NCBI GenBank assembly: GCA_044869275.1
Contig: JBIOXB010000098.1
Coordinates: 1-28,984 of the forward strand
Source: a bacterium
GTDB lineage: Bacteria > Zhuqueibacterota > Zhuqueibacteria > Zhuqueibacterales > Zhuqueibacteraceae
Length of the DNA: 28,984 nt
Direction: 5' to 3'
The position numbers were made by a program, and so were the translations under genes. The notes under the pieces were generated by a model that saw nothing but the letters and a program-made list of their open reading frames with translations, was not told where the DNA came from and did no database searches. Positions 18,301 to 26,799 of the stretch are shown piece after piece; position 1 is the stretch's first letter; the number at the start of each line of letters is the position of its first letter.

Positions 18301-18346
18301 ATGATCAGCGGCCCCAAACGAAAGAGCTCTGGAGCAATTCTTAGCC

Positions 18347-18802
18347 ATGCACGAAGCTAGACATACAGCGCCCGGCGAACCGCCGCAACTCCAGCACGAA
18401 ACCAGCGATGCCGCCATCGGGGCCGTCGTAAAATTCGGTTTGGTCCTGGCGATGATCTGCGTCGTGGTGTTGGTGCTGATGTTTTTCATCGCCGGCTATT
18501 TCGAAAAAAGAACCACCGCCGCCACGCGCGCCTCTACGCCTTTGGCCGGCCAGCGCGTTTTGCCGCCTGACCCGCGCGTGCAGGTGCAACCTGAAAAAGA
18601 CCTCGAGCATCTGCGCGCTGTGGAGGATTCCGTATTGCACAGCTACGGCTGGGTCATGCGCGAGGCCAACGTTGTTCGCATACCCATCGCGCGTGCGATC
18701 GAGTTGACGGCGCAACGTGGCCTGCCGCTTAGGACTGAGGAGGGAGGATCGAAGATGGAGGATAGAGGATCGATGATTGAGAATGGAGGATCGCATCCAT
18801 GA
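18347..18802 (+). CDS. actG: Single-TM ActG-like accessory subunit
   Basis: Lies after actF; HETSD, TM helix, PPDPRVQ, SYGWV...VRIPIARAIEL motif typical of this slot. The C-terminal tail is repeat-derived. Confidence 0.6.
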   Translation: MHEARHTAPGEPPQLQHETSDAAIGAVVKFGLVLAMICVVVLVLMFFIAGYFEKRTTAATRASTPLAGQRVLPPDPRVQVQPEKDLEHLRAVEDSVLHSYGWVMREANVVRIPIARAIELTAQRGLPLRTEEGGSKMEDRGSMIENGGSHP

Positions 18803-18849
18803 GGCTTAATCTTCGATCTTCAATCTTCTATCTTCTATCCTCGATCTTC
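18744..18849. repeat. GAGGATC-family hairpin straddling the actG/sco overlap
   Basis: 7 forward units 18744-18792, loop 18793-18807 containing the ATGA stop/start, 6 inverse units 18808-18849. Confidence 0.88.
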
Positions 18850-19659
18850 ACACTCACGCTCATGCTCCTCACTGCGGGGCGAGCAAACGCCCAACTCGGT
18901 GCGAGTACGCCGCCGCCCATGTTGCGCAATGTCGGCATCGAGCAAAGGTTGAATCAACCACTGCCACTCGAGGCGACGTTTCAAAATGAATCCGGCCAGC
19001 CGGTGGCTTTGCGCGAGTACTTCGGCGGCAAACCCGTCGTACTCGCCTTTGTTTATTACCAATGCCCCATGCTGTGCACGCAAATTCTCAACGGTTTGCT
19101 GGAAAGCGTGCGCCTGCTGAAGTTCAACGCCGGCCAGGAGTATGAAATCGTCACCGTGAGTTTCGACCCCAGGGAAACACCGAAATTGGCCGCGGAGAAA
19201 AAGCAGGTTTATTTAAAGCAATACGATCGGTCCGGAGCCGAGCAAGGCTGGCATTTTCTCACCGGCGACAGCACCGCGATCAAAGCACTGACCAATGCGG
19301 CGGGTTTTCACTATCGCTATGATCCCGCCACCAGCCAATTCGCACACGCCAGCGGCATTATGGTGATCACGCCGCAAGGCAAAATTTCGAAGTACTTTTA
19401 CGGCGTGGAATATGCGCCGCGGGACTTGCGCCTGGCGCTGGTGGAAGCGTCGGAAGGCAAGATCGGCTCACCGGTGGATCAGTTGTTGTTGTACTGTTTC
19501 CATTATGATCCACTGACGGGCAAGTACAGCTTCGTGGTAATGAGTGCGCTGCGTGTCGCGGGCATTGCCACGGTCTTGAGCCTGGCAACGTTTATGCTGA
19601 TCATGTTTCGCCGTGATCGTGCCGTTGTTCGAGAATCGAGGGTTAAGGATCGAGGATAG
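18799..19659 (+). CDS. SCO1/SenC family copper chaperone
   Basis: CPMLC (CxxxC), VSFDP.E, WHFLTG, conserved His in FAHAS, C-terminal LLYCFHYDP..GKY plus TM helix. Confidence 0.92.
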   Translation: MRLNLRSSIFYLLSSIFTLTLMLLTAGRANAQLGASTPPPMLRNVGIEQRLNQPLPLEATFQNESGQPVALREYFGGKPVVLAFVYYQCPMLCTQILNGLLESVRLLKFNAGQEYEIVTVSFDPRETPKLAAEKKQVYLKQYDRSGAEQGWHFLTGDSTAIKALTNAAGFHYRYDPATSQFAHASGIMVITPQGKISKYFYGVEYAPRDLRLALVEASEGKIGSPVDQLLLYCFHYDPLTGKYSFVVMSALRVAGIATVLSLATFMLIMFRRDRAVVRESRVKDRG

Positions 19660-19722
19660 AAGATAGATGATCGAGGATCGAAGATCTATCTTCGATCCTC
19701 GATCATCTATCTTCCATCCTCG
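19631..19722. repeat. GAGGATC-family array with 72-nt near-perfect palindrome over the sco stop
   Basis: 19651-19686 mirrors 19687-19722 with only two non-complementary positions. Confidence 0.92.
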
Positions 19723-19741
19723 TCAATAAAAGGCTAGCCCA

Positions 19742-20947
19742 ATGACAGCCTTGCGTGCTAAAACCATCCTGTGCATTTCCAGCTACGAAAAGGGCCAGGA
19801 ATTCATGCGCGAATGCAAGCGGCAGGGTTGCTGCGTCTGTTTGCTCACCGTGAGCAAATTAGAACACGCCAACTGGCCGCGCGACGTGATTGACGAGATG
19901 TTTTTCATTCCCGATTTGTACAATCGCAACGATGTGATCCTGGGCGTGAGCTACATGGCGCGCACGCGCGTGATCGACCGCATCGTGCCGCTGGATGATT
20001 ACGACGTCGAAATGGCGGCGACCCTGCGGGAACATTTGCGCATTCCCGGCATGGGCGAAACCACCGCACGCTATTTTCGCGACAAGCTCGCGATGCGGGC
20101 GCGGGCGCGTGATCGCGGCATGCTCGTGCCCGAATTCATTCAAATCTTGAATTACGACCAGTTGCGCGCTTTTATGTCAACCGTGCCCGCCCCATGGGTA
20201 TTGAAACCGCGTTCCGAGGCCTCTTCCGTGGGCTTGAAAAAAGTGAATTCCGACGCTGAACTCTGGCCGTTATTGGAGGCACTCGGCGACCGCCAGTCAT
20301 TTTACCTCATGGAAAAATTTGTGCCGGGCAGTGTTTACCATGTTGACTCGATCATTTCCGAAAAGAAAGTCGTATTTGCGGAAGTGCACCAATACGGCAA
20401 GCCACCCATGGCGGTGATGCACGAGGGCGGGATTTTTTCCACGCACACCACGCCGCGCCGCTCTGCGGACGAGCGCGAGCTGCTGGCGCTGAATGAAAAA
20501 GTCGTCGAGGCGTTTGGCTATGTGCGCGGGATCACGCATACGGAGTTCATTAAAGCCGATGCAGATGGGCGCTTTTATTTTTTGGAAACCGCCGCGCGCG
20601 TGGGCGGCGCGAACATTGTCGAAATGATCGAAGCCTCGACCGGCATCAACCTATGGCGGGAATGGGCGAAAATCGAAATCGCGCAGGATGAATGGAAGTA
20701 TGAAGTGCCGGCCCATCGCCAGGATTATGGCGCGGTGATCATCTCCTTGGCCGCCCAGGAACATCCCGATACTTCGCTGTTCCGTGAGCCGGAAATCTTT
20801 TGGCGCCTGGAAAAAAAACATCACGTCGGCTTCGTCGTTTCTTCGTCAAGCTTGGAGCGCGTGAAATACTTGCTGGAGGATTACCACCGGCGCATCTACG
20901 CGAATTATTTTGCCAGCATGCCCGCGCCGGACAAACCGACGGACTAA
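19742..20947 (+). CDS. ATP-grasp domain protein
   Basis: RDKLAMR, WVLKPR, MEKFVPG, HVDS, HTEFI, FLETAARVGG ATP-grasp motifs. Confidence 0.85.
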   Translation: MTALRAKTILCISSYEKGQEFMRECKRQGCCVCLLTVSKLEHANWPRDVIDEMFFIPDLYNRNDVILGVSYMARTRVIDRIVPLDDYDVEMAATLREHLRIPGMGETTARYFRDKLAMRARARDRGMLVPEFIQILNYDQLRAFMSTVPAPWVLKPRSEASSVGLKKVNSDAELWPLLEALGDRQSFYLMEKFVPGSVYHVDSIISEKKVVFAEVHQYGKPPMAVMHEGGIFSTHTTPRRSADERELLALNEKVVEAFGYVRGITHTEFIKADADGRFYFLETAARVGGANIVEMIEASTGINLWREWAKIEIAQDEWKYEVPAHRQDYGAVIISLAAQEHPDTSLFREPEIFWRLEKKHHVGFVVSSSSLERVKYLLEDYHRRIYANYFASMPAPDKPTD

Positions 20948-20980
20948 CTTTGAGCAAGCTGCGTGGCTCGTTGATTTCAT

Positions 20981-21078
20981 TGGATGGATGGATCGCTGGA
21001 TTAATGGAGTGTTGGATTGCTGGAGTGATGTTTCCCCAACAATCCATTGATCCCACACTCCAATAATCCAACACTCCG
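20981..21078. repeat. Octamer (TGGAGTNN/TGGATTNN) tandem-repeat hairpin
   Basis: 6 forward units 20981-21028; 5 inverse units 21039-21078 (ACAATCCA TTGATCCC ACACTCCA ATAATCCA ACACTCCG). Confidence 0.82.
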
Positions 21079-21089
21079 GAAAAGTGGAT

Positions 21090-22031
21090 ATGGACAAAGA
21101 ATTCCGACTGTTTCCTGAGCAAGCTTCTGCGTTCGCGGGTGAAGTGGACAAGCTTTATTACTTGCTGACCGCGCTGAGCCTCTTCTTCGCGCTGTTGATT
21201 TTCTTCTTAATTTACGTCTTTGCGGTGCGCTATCGCCGCCGCTCCGACGACGAGGTGCCGCGCCAGATTCCCGGCTTGATTCAACTCGAGCTCGCCTGGT
21301 CTGTGATTCCGTTCATTCTCTGTCTCGGCGTTTTTACCTGGGGTGCGAAGATGTATTTCGAAGCCTACACCCCGCCGCGCGATGCGCTCGAGATCTACGT
21401 CGTGGGCAAGCAATGGATGTGGCATTTGCAGCATCCCACCGGCCAGCGCGAGATCAACACGCTGCACGTTCCCAGGGACACGCCGGTGAAATTGACCATG
21501 GCCACGGAAGACGTGATTCACAGTTTTTATATTCCCGCGTTCCGCCTCAAGAAGGATGTGGTGCCCGGGCGCTACGCCAGCATGTGGTTTCAAGCGACGA
21601 AAACGGGCGAGTATCATTTGTTCTGCGCCGAATATTGTGGCACGAAGCATTCGGAAATGATCGGCTCCGTGGTGGTCATGGAGCCGGCGGAATACCAACG
21701 CTGGCTCAGTGGCAGCGGCACGGATGAAACGCCGGCAGCCGCCGGGGAGAAAAGATTTCAACAACTCGGCTGCATCACCTGTCACGGCGATAAGCCCGGT
21801 GCCCGCGGCCCTTCTTTGCGCGGCCTGTTCGGCACGGAAGTGACCCTGCAAAATGGGCAGACCGTTCCGGTGAATTTGGAGTACGTGCGGGAATCGATTC
21901 TCCAGCCACACGCCAAAATGGTTGCAGGATACGCGGCGATCATGCCGACGTATCAAGGCCAGATCAGCGAAACGGATTTGTTGAATGTGATCGCGTATAT
22001 CAGGTCGATGGGCAAGAGCGGGAGTCACTAG
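21090..22031 (+). CDS. coxB: Cytochrome c oxidase subunit II with fused cytochrome c (caa3 type)
   Basis: Two TM helices, KQWMW, DVIHSF, CuA motif CAEYCGTKHSEM, C-terminal CITCH...MP. Start is GTG 21084 or ATG 21090. Confidence 0.95.
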   Translation: MDKEFRLFPEQASAFAGEVDKLYYLLTALSLFFALLIFFLIYVFAVRYRRRSDDEVPRQIPGLIQLELAWSVIPFILCLGVFTWGAKMYFEAYTPPRDALEIYVVGKQWMWHLQHPTGQREINTLHVPRDTPVKLTMATEDVIHSFYIPAFRLKKDVVPGRYASMWFQATKTGEYHLFCAEYCGTKHSEMIGSVVVMEPAEYQRWLSGSGTDETPAAAGEKRFQQLGCITCHGDKPGARGPSLRGLFGTEVTLQNGQTVPVNLEYVRESILQPHAKMVAGYAAIMPTYQGQISETDLLNVIAYIRSMGKSGSH

Positions 22032-22063
22032 GGTATTCCATGTTTAATCTAACGCCCTTCGCA

Positions 22064-22523
22064 ATGTCATTCAGGAGGAATCTTTTTCAGGAATAGCACA
22101 GCGCTTATTTTTTTGGAGAAGACGGCTAATCGGGGGAAGATTATGCAAAAAGGCAATTACTACGTCTACATCACAACAAATCCAGGCAAGACAGCGCTCT
22201 ATACCGGCGTAACAAGTGACCTGAAACTACGATCACAGCAACATTACCGCAATCGTGGCAAGAAAGAGACCTTCGCAGGGCGATACTATTGTTACAAGCT
22301 GGTTTATTTTGAAACATACGCGGACATCAATCAGGCCATTCGACGAGAAAAAGAAATTAAGGACCTGAGCCGGGAGAAGAAGAGAGAATTAATTGCCTTG
22401 AAGAACCCAAAGTGGAATTTTTACGTGGCCTAGAAAGTCACAGTGACGACGTCAATCATGATGAATCCTTTTCGGAATTAGGTATGGTGCTGAATGCGTA
22501 AAAAGATTCCTCCTGAATGACAT
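22064..22523. mobile_element. GIY-YIG cassette bounded by a perfect 24-bp inverted repeat
   Basis: ATGTCATTCAGGAGGAATCTTTTT (22064-22087) and AAAAAGATTCCTCCTGAATGACAT (22500-22523); more AT-rich than the flanking cox genes. Confidence 0.7.
22143..22433 (+). CDS. Small GIY-YIG nuclease family protein (UPF0213/YhbQ-like)
   Basis: YYVYI...LYTGVTSDL..R..QH, KLVYFE, AIRREKEIK, KK..LI...NPKW. Confidence 0.9.
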   Translation: MQKGNYYVYITTNPGKTALYTGVTSDLKLRSQQHYRNRGKKETFAGRYYCYKLVYFETYADINQAIRREKEIKDLSREKKRELIALKNPKWNFYVA

Positions 22524-22546
22524 GAAAAATAAGCCGAGAGCACTTC

Positions 22547-24223
22547 ATGAGCACCACCGCAGTTTTTACTCCTAAATCTCATCAACTTGCCGAGGACCCC
22601 GAAAACAGCCCGCGGCGGTTGAATTATTTGAACGTCGCGTACACCGCCAAATCCTGGCTGCTGACCGTCGATCACAAGCGCATCGCGATTCTGTATTTGA
22701 TCGGCGTCACGCTCTTCTTCTTTCTGGGCGGATTGTTTGCCGTGCTCATCCGTTTGGAATTGCTCACGCCTGCGGGCGACATGATGCAGTCCGAAACTTA
22801 CAACAAGATGTTCACGATGCACGGCATCATGATGGTATTTTTCTTTTTGATTCCGGCCATCCCCGCGACGCTCGGCAACTTTCTCATCCCCCTCATGATC
22901 GGCGCGCGCGATCTCGCCTTTCCCCGCATCAATTTGTTGAGCTGGTACGTGTACATGGTGGGCGGACTGTTCACGTTTGCCGCCATACTTTTGGGCGGAG
23001 TGGATACCGGTTGGACCTTTTACACACCCTACAGCAGCACGTATTCCAATACCAACGTCGTTCTCACCGCGCTGGGGGTGTTCATTACCGGCTTCTCCTC
23101 GATTTTGACCGGCTTGAATTTCATCGTTACTATTCACAAAATGCGCGCGCCCGGGTTGACCTGGTTCCGTTTGCCGCTGTTTATTTGGGCGCATTATGCC
23201 ACCAGCTTGATTCAAGTGCTCGGCACACCGGTGGTCACGGCCGCGATTTTTTTGGTCGCGCTCGAGCGCCTTTTCCACCTCGGCATTTTCGATCCCAAAC
23301 TCGGCGGCGACCCCATTCTCTTCCAGCATTTGTTCTGGTTCTATTCACATCCGGCGGTTTACATCATGATTTTGCCCGCCATGGGCGTAATCAGCGAATT
23401 GATCACCTGCTTCTCGAAGAAGAAAATCTTTGGTTATGAATTCATCGCCTTCTCCAGCATCGCGATCGCGGTGATCAGTTTTCTGGTATGGGGCCATCAT
23501 ATGTTTACCACCGGCCAGTCGATTTACGCCGGCATGGTGTTTTCCTTTTTGAGTTTTCTCGTGGCCGTCCCTTCCGCGATCAAAGTTTTCAACTGGACCG
23601 CGACGTTGTACAAGGGCTCGGTCTCCTATCAAGCGCCAATGCTGTATGCCATCGGTTTCTTGGGACTCTTCACCATCGGCGGCCTGACCGGACTGTTCCT
23701 CTCGACGCTCGCCGTCGATATTCACGTGCACGATACTTACTTTATCGTTGCCCATTTTCATTACATCATGGTCGGCGGCACGATCATGGCCTATCTCGGC
23801 GGCTTGCATTTCTGGTGGCCGAAGATGACGGGGCGGCTCTATCCCGAAGGCTGGTCGCGCTTCGCCGCGCTGGTGGTGTTCGTGGGATTTAATCTCACCT
23901 TCTTTCCGCAATTCATCGTCGGTTATTTGGGCATGCCGCGGCGCTATCATGCTTACCCCGATGAATTTCAGATTTTGAATGTCATGTCCACCGCCGGCGC
24001 TTCCATTCTCGGCGTGGGCTATTTGATTCCGCTGATCTATTTCTTCTGGTCGCTGCGTTACGGGCCACTCGCGAGTGCGAATCCCTGGGGCGCCACCGGC
24101 TTGGAATGGAAAACCCCTTCGCCGCCGCCCACGGAAAATTTCGAGAAGACTCCGATCGTGACGGAAGAAGCTTACGAATACACTCCGCTCAAACCCAAAC
24201 CACAGGAGGCGGAAGTTGGCTGA
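22547..24223 (+). CDS. coxA: Cytochrome c oxidase subunit I, A2 subtype
   Basis: [26 protein letters not shown] (YS motif = A2), [22 protein letters not shown]. Confidence 0.96.
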   Translation: MSTTAVFTPKSHQLAEDPENSPRRLNYLNVAYTAKSWLLTVDHKRIAILYLIGVTLFFFLGGLFAVLIRLELLTPAGDMMQSETYNKMFTMHGIMMVFFFLIPAIPATLGNFLIPLMIGARDLAFPRINLLSWYVYMVGGLFTFAAILLGGVDTGWTFYTPYSSTYSNTNVVLTALGVFITGFSSILTGLNFIVTIHKMRAPGLTWFRLPLFIWAHYATSLIQVLGTPVVTAAIFLVALERLFHLGIFDPKLGGDPILFQHLFWFYSHPAVYIMILPAMGVISELITCFSKKKIFGYEFIAFSSIAIAVISFLVWGHHMFTTGQSIYAGMVFSFLSFLVAVPSAIKVFNWTATLYKGSVSYQAPMLYAIGFLGLFTIGGLTGLFLSTLAVDIHVHDTYFIVAHFHYIMVGGTIMAYLGGLHFWWPKMTGRLYPEGWSRFAALVVFVGFNLTFFPQFIVGYLGMPRRYHAYPDEFQILNVMSTAGASILGVGYLIPLIYFFWSLRYGPLASANPWGATGLEWKTPSPPPTENFEKTPIVTEEAYEYTPLKPKPQEAEVG

Positions 24224-24863
24224 TCCCTCCCAGGTTGCGCATCATTTCGACACCGCCGAGCAGCAATTTGACGCTTCACAGCTCGGCATGTGGACGTTTC
24301 TGATCACGGAAGTGATGTTCTTCGGCGGGCTGTTCGCCGGCTATACGGTGTATCGCACCCTGTACCCGCACGCGTTCGCCGAGGCGAGCCGCCTGCTCGA
24401 TTACCGGCTCGGGGCCATCAATACGGCGGTGCTGATCTGCAGCAGCTTGAGCATGGTGCTGGCGGTGCGCGCCTCCCAGTTGGGCCGGCGCCGCGCCCTG
24501 ATCGTTTATTTGCTCTTGACGATGATTTTGGGTGCGGTATTTCTCGGCAACAAGGTGATGGAGTATGCTCACAAGTTTCACGAACACCTGGTTCCCGGAC
24601 CGGAGTTCGGACCCGCGGTGCCGCTGGCCGATCCGCAACACGCACAGCTCTTTTTTTCTTTTTATTTTGCCATGACCGGATTGCACGCGCTGCACATGAT
24701 TATTGGCCTGGGCATTTTATCCGTATTGGTCTATCAGTCCTGGCAAGGCCGCTTCTCCTCCGAATATTTCACGCCGGTTGACATCACCGGCCTCTATTGG
24801 CATTTCGTGGACGTCGTCTGGATTTTTCTATTTCCTTTGCTTTATCTCATCGCACGAGCCTAA
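24216..24863 (+). CDS. coxC: Cytochrome c oxidase subunit III
   Basis: [48 protein letters not shown] start overlapping coxA. Confidence 0.93.
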   Translation: MADPSQVAHHFDTAEQQFDASQLGMWTFLITEVMFFGGLFAGYTVYRTLYPHAFAEASRLLDYRLGAINTAVLICSSLSMVLAVRASQLGRRRALIVYLLLTMILGAVFLGNKVMEYAHKFHEHLVPGPEFGPAVPLADPQHAQLFFSFYFAMTGLHALHMIIGLGILSVLVYQSWQGRFSSEYFTPVDITGLYWHFVDVVWIFLFPLLYLIARA

Positions 24864-24872
24864 ACAGAATTC

Positions 24873-24950
24873 GTGAGTGTAACGCGTAATGCGCAAGCTA
24901 GGTTTTACGCGTTACGGATTACGCATTACCAATTACGCGTCACCCATTAC
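24873..24950. repeat. TTACGCR-family heptamer array/hairpin between coxC and coxD
   Basis: GTAACGC GTAATGC GCAA ... TTACGCG TTACGGA TTACGCA TTACCAA TTACGCG TCACCCA TTAC. Confidence 0.8.
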
Positions 24951-24962
24951 ATTTCAAAGACT

Positions 24963-25265
24963 ATGGCACATCACGCTATTCCGCCAAGAAAAATCTACCT
25001 CCTGGTTTTCGTCACGCTGCTGATGCTGACGCTCGTCACCGTTGACATCGCTTTTTACGACGCCGGCTGGCTGAATCTTTATATCGCACTCGCCATCGCG
25101 ACGTGCAAGGCACTGCTGGTCATTCTCTTCTTCATGCATGTGCGCTATAGCGGCCGCCTCACGTGGGTTTTCGTGGGCGCCGGCTTTTTCTGGCTGGCAA
25201 TTTTGCTGGTATTCACGCTTGCCGATTATCTCACCCGCGATGCGATTCCGAATCCCGGCTTTTGA
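24963..25265 (+). CDS. coxD: Cytochrome c oxidase subunit IV (caa3-type)
   Basis: Y..VF..LL.LT..TV, KALLVILFFMHVRY, three TM helices; ATG 24963 lies downstream of the repeat. Confidence 0.88.
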   Translation: MAHHAIPPRKIYLLVFVTLLMLTLVTVDIAFYDAGWLNLYIALAIATCKALLVILFFMHVRYSGRLTWVFVGAGFFWLAILLVFTLADYLTRDAIPNPGF

Positions 25266-25479
25266 TACAAGCAGTCGAAGGGAGCGTTACGCACTCTTTT
25301 GCTAAACCCGGGGATTCGCCCGCCCCCACATTTTACGATTGCCAGCATCAGATGGGTCTTTAAAAAGCTTCTGCGCAGGGAGGGAGGCGCTGCGCATCAA
25401 TCTTATGGCGCAGCAGAAATTCTTCATGTCAAACTGAAAACCGAAGCTCCTTACGGAGCAGCTCTAGACAGACAGCTCT

Positions 25480-25542
25480 CCAACGGATTAAAAAACGACC
25501 AACGGATAATTCTGAATCCGTTGGGCGCTGCTCATCCGTTGG
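25480..25542. repeat. Nested palindrome of the 9-mer CCAACGGAT (A A A' A')
   Basis: CCAACGGAT at 25480 and 25499; ATCCGTTGG at 25516 and 25534. Confidence 0.75.
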
Positions 25543-25610
25543 CGAAGAAATTTTCAGAATTTTATTCTGACTTTGAGTGCCTCATGGCTTATCGCTGAGG
25601 ACCAAGACTC

Positions 25611-25943
25611 ATGGCAATGAAAAAACCATCTCATCCAGGCGAAATCATCCGCGATCTTTGCATGGCGCCATTAGAACTAACGGTGACGCGAGCGGCACAG
25701 GGGTTAGGTGTTACCAGAAAGACCTTATCACAGCTTCTCAACGGACGTGCAGGAGTTTCCGCAGAAATGGCTGTCCGTCTGTCGAGAGCCTTTGGTCGCA
25801 GCCCTGAGAGTTGGTTGGCGCTTCAAAGCCAATACGATCTCGCTCAGATCAGCCGAAATGCCAAGAAAATTAAGGTCAGGCCTTTCTCTACCCGCCGCAA
25901 GCTTGACGGCGATAACACGTCAACCGGCTACACAATTGCATAG
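25611..25943 (+). CDS. higA: HigA-family antitoxin / XRE HTH protein
   Basis: HPGEII, TVTRAAQGLGVTRKTLSQLLNG, SAEMAVRLSRAFG.SPESWL.LQ..YDL. Confidence 0.9.
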   Translation: MAMKKPSHPGEIIRDLCMAPLELTVTRAAQGLGVTRKTLSQLLNGRAGVSAEMAVRLSRAFGRSPESWLALQSQYDLAQISRNAKKIKVRPFSTRRKLDGDNTSTGYTIA

Positions 25944-25953
25944 CCAGCAACTT

Positions 25954-26799
25954 ATGCGCTATACCGAATTCCCGCCTTCTCCACCATTGCGACGCTATGT
26001 CGAATCCTATTGGCACATGCAATCCGGCCCACAATACTCTCGCTCTGCCGCAGACAAAATCATGCCGGATGGTTGCATTGAGCTGATTTTCAATGTCGCA
26101 GATGCTTTTAAGCGCTTCCATGCGAATGGCACAATTGAGATTCAACCACAAATCCTCGTAGCCGGGCAAATGATGAGTTACGCCCTCATCGCACCGATGG
26201 GACAAGTCAAGCTTTGGGGTATTCGTTTCCGCCCCGGTGGAGCGTTGGCGTTTTTGCATGTTCCGTTGTATGAATTGACCGATCAAATTCTTGCAGGCAC
26301 AGCTATCCTGGGGGCATGGGCCGGCAAGTTGCAGGAAAGACTCGACCTGGCGCATGGGCGGCGTGCGGGCATCAAACTCATCGAAGCCGCCTTGCTGCAG
26401 CGCTTGCATGAGCGCTGGCAATGTGATCCACTCATCGAGGAAGCGGTGCGCAGAATCTTGGCGACCGAAGGCCGCGCGCAGGTGGAGGGCTTGTTTGCGG
26501 ATCTCGGCCTGGGCGGCCGGCAGATCGAAAGGAAATTTCAGATGATGGTTGGCCTCCGTCCGAAAATGCTGGCACGCATTATTCGCTTTCAAAAAGTCTT
26601 CAGATCAACCAGCCACAAGCCGGATTCCTGGAGCGCGGTCGCTGTGGCTTGCGGCTATTACGACCAGGCGCATTTGATTCACGATTTCCAGCAATTCGCC
26701 GGACAAAACCCTTCTTCCTTTCTGCTGGAACAAACCGAAATGTCCGCCTTTCTTACCCGCAAGAATAGAATGTCGATTTTTTACAATACCAAGAGTTGA
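25954..26799 (+). CDS. AraC-family transcriptional regulator (DUF6597-type N-terminus)
   Basis: P.PPLRRYVESYW, MPDGCIELIF, GIRFRPGG, RQIERKF..MVGLRPK, GYYDQAHLIHDF. Confidence 0.9.
   Translation: MRYTEFPPSPPLRRYVESYWHMQSGPQYSRSAADKIMPDGCIELIFNVADAFKRFHANGTIEIQPQILVAGQMMSYALIAPMGQVKLWGIRFRPGGALAFLHVPLYELTDQILAGTAILGAWAGKLQERLDLAHGRRAGIKLIEAALLQRLHERWQCDPLIEEAVRRILATEGRAQVEGLFADLGLGGRQIERKFQMMVGLRPKMLARIIRFQKVFRSTSHKPDSWSAVAVACGYYDQAHLIHDFQQFAGQNPSSFLLEQTEMSAFLTRKNRMSIFYNTKS

Noticed and set aside
21207..23950. Long minus-strand ORFs opposite coxB/coxA (and similar ones opposite other genes)
   Set aside because: Antisense shadows of well-supported genes with no recognisable motifs.
9113..24950. 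CRISPR array interpretation of the short repeats
   Set aside because: Units are 7-8 nt, tandem without unique spacers and arranged as inverted arms; no cas genes are present.
25277..25300. Terminator after coxD
   Set aside because: The stem is short with a mismatch and G-U pairs; too weak to call.
25299..25598. 99-aa ORF as HigB toxin
   Set aside because: No RelE/HigB motifs are recognisable and it runs through palindromic repeats.
25708..25953. N-terminal extension of the AraC ORF
   Set aside because: It overlaps higA in another frame; the family-like sequence begins at ATG 25954.
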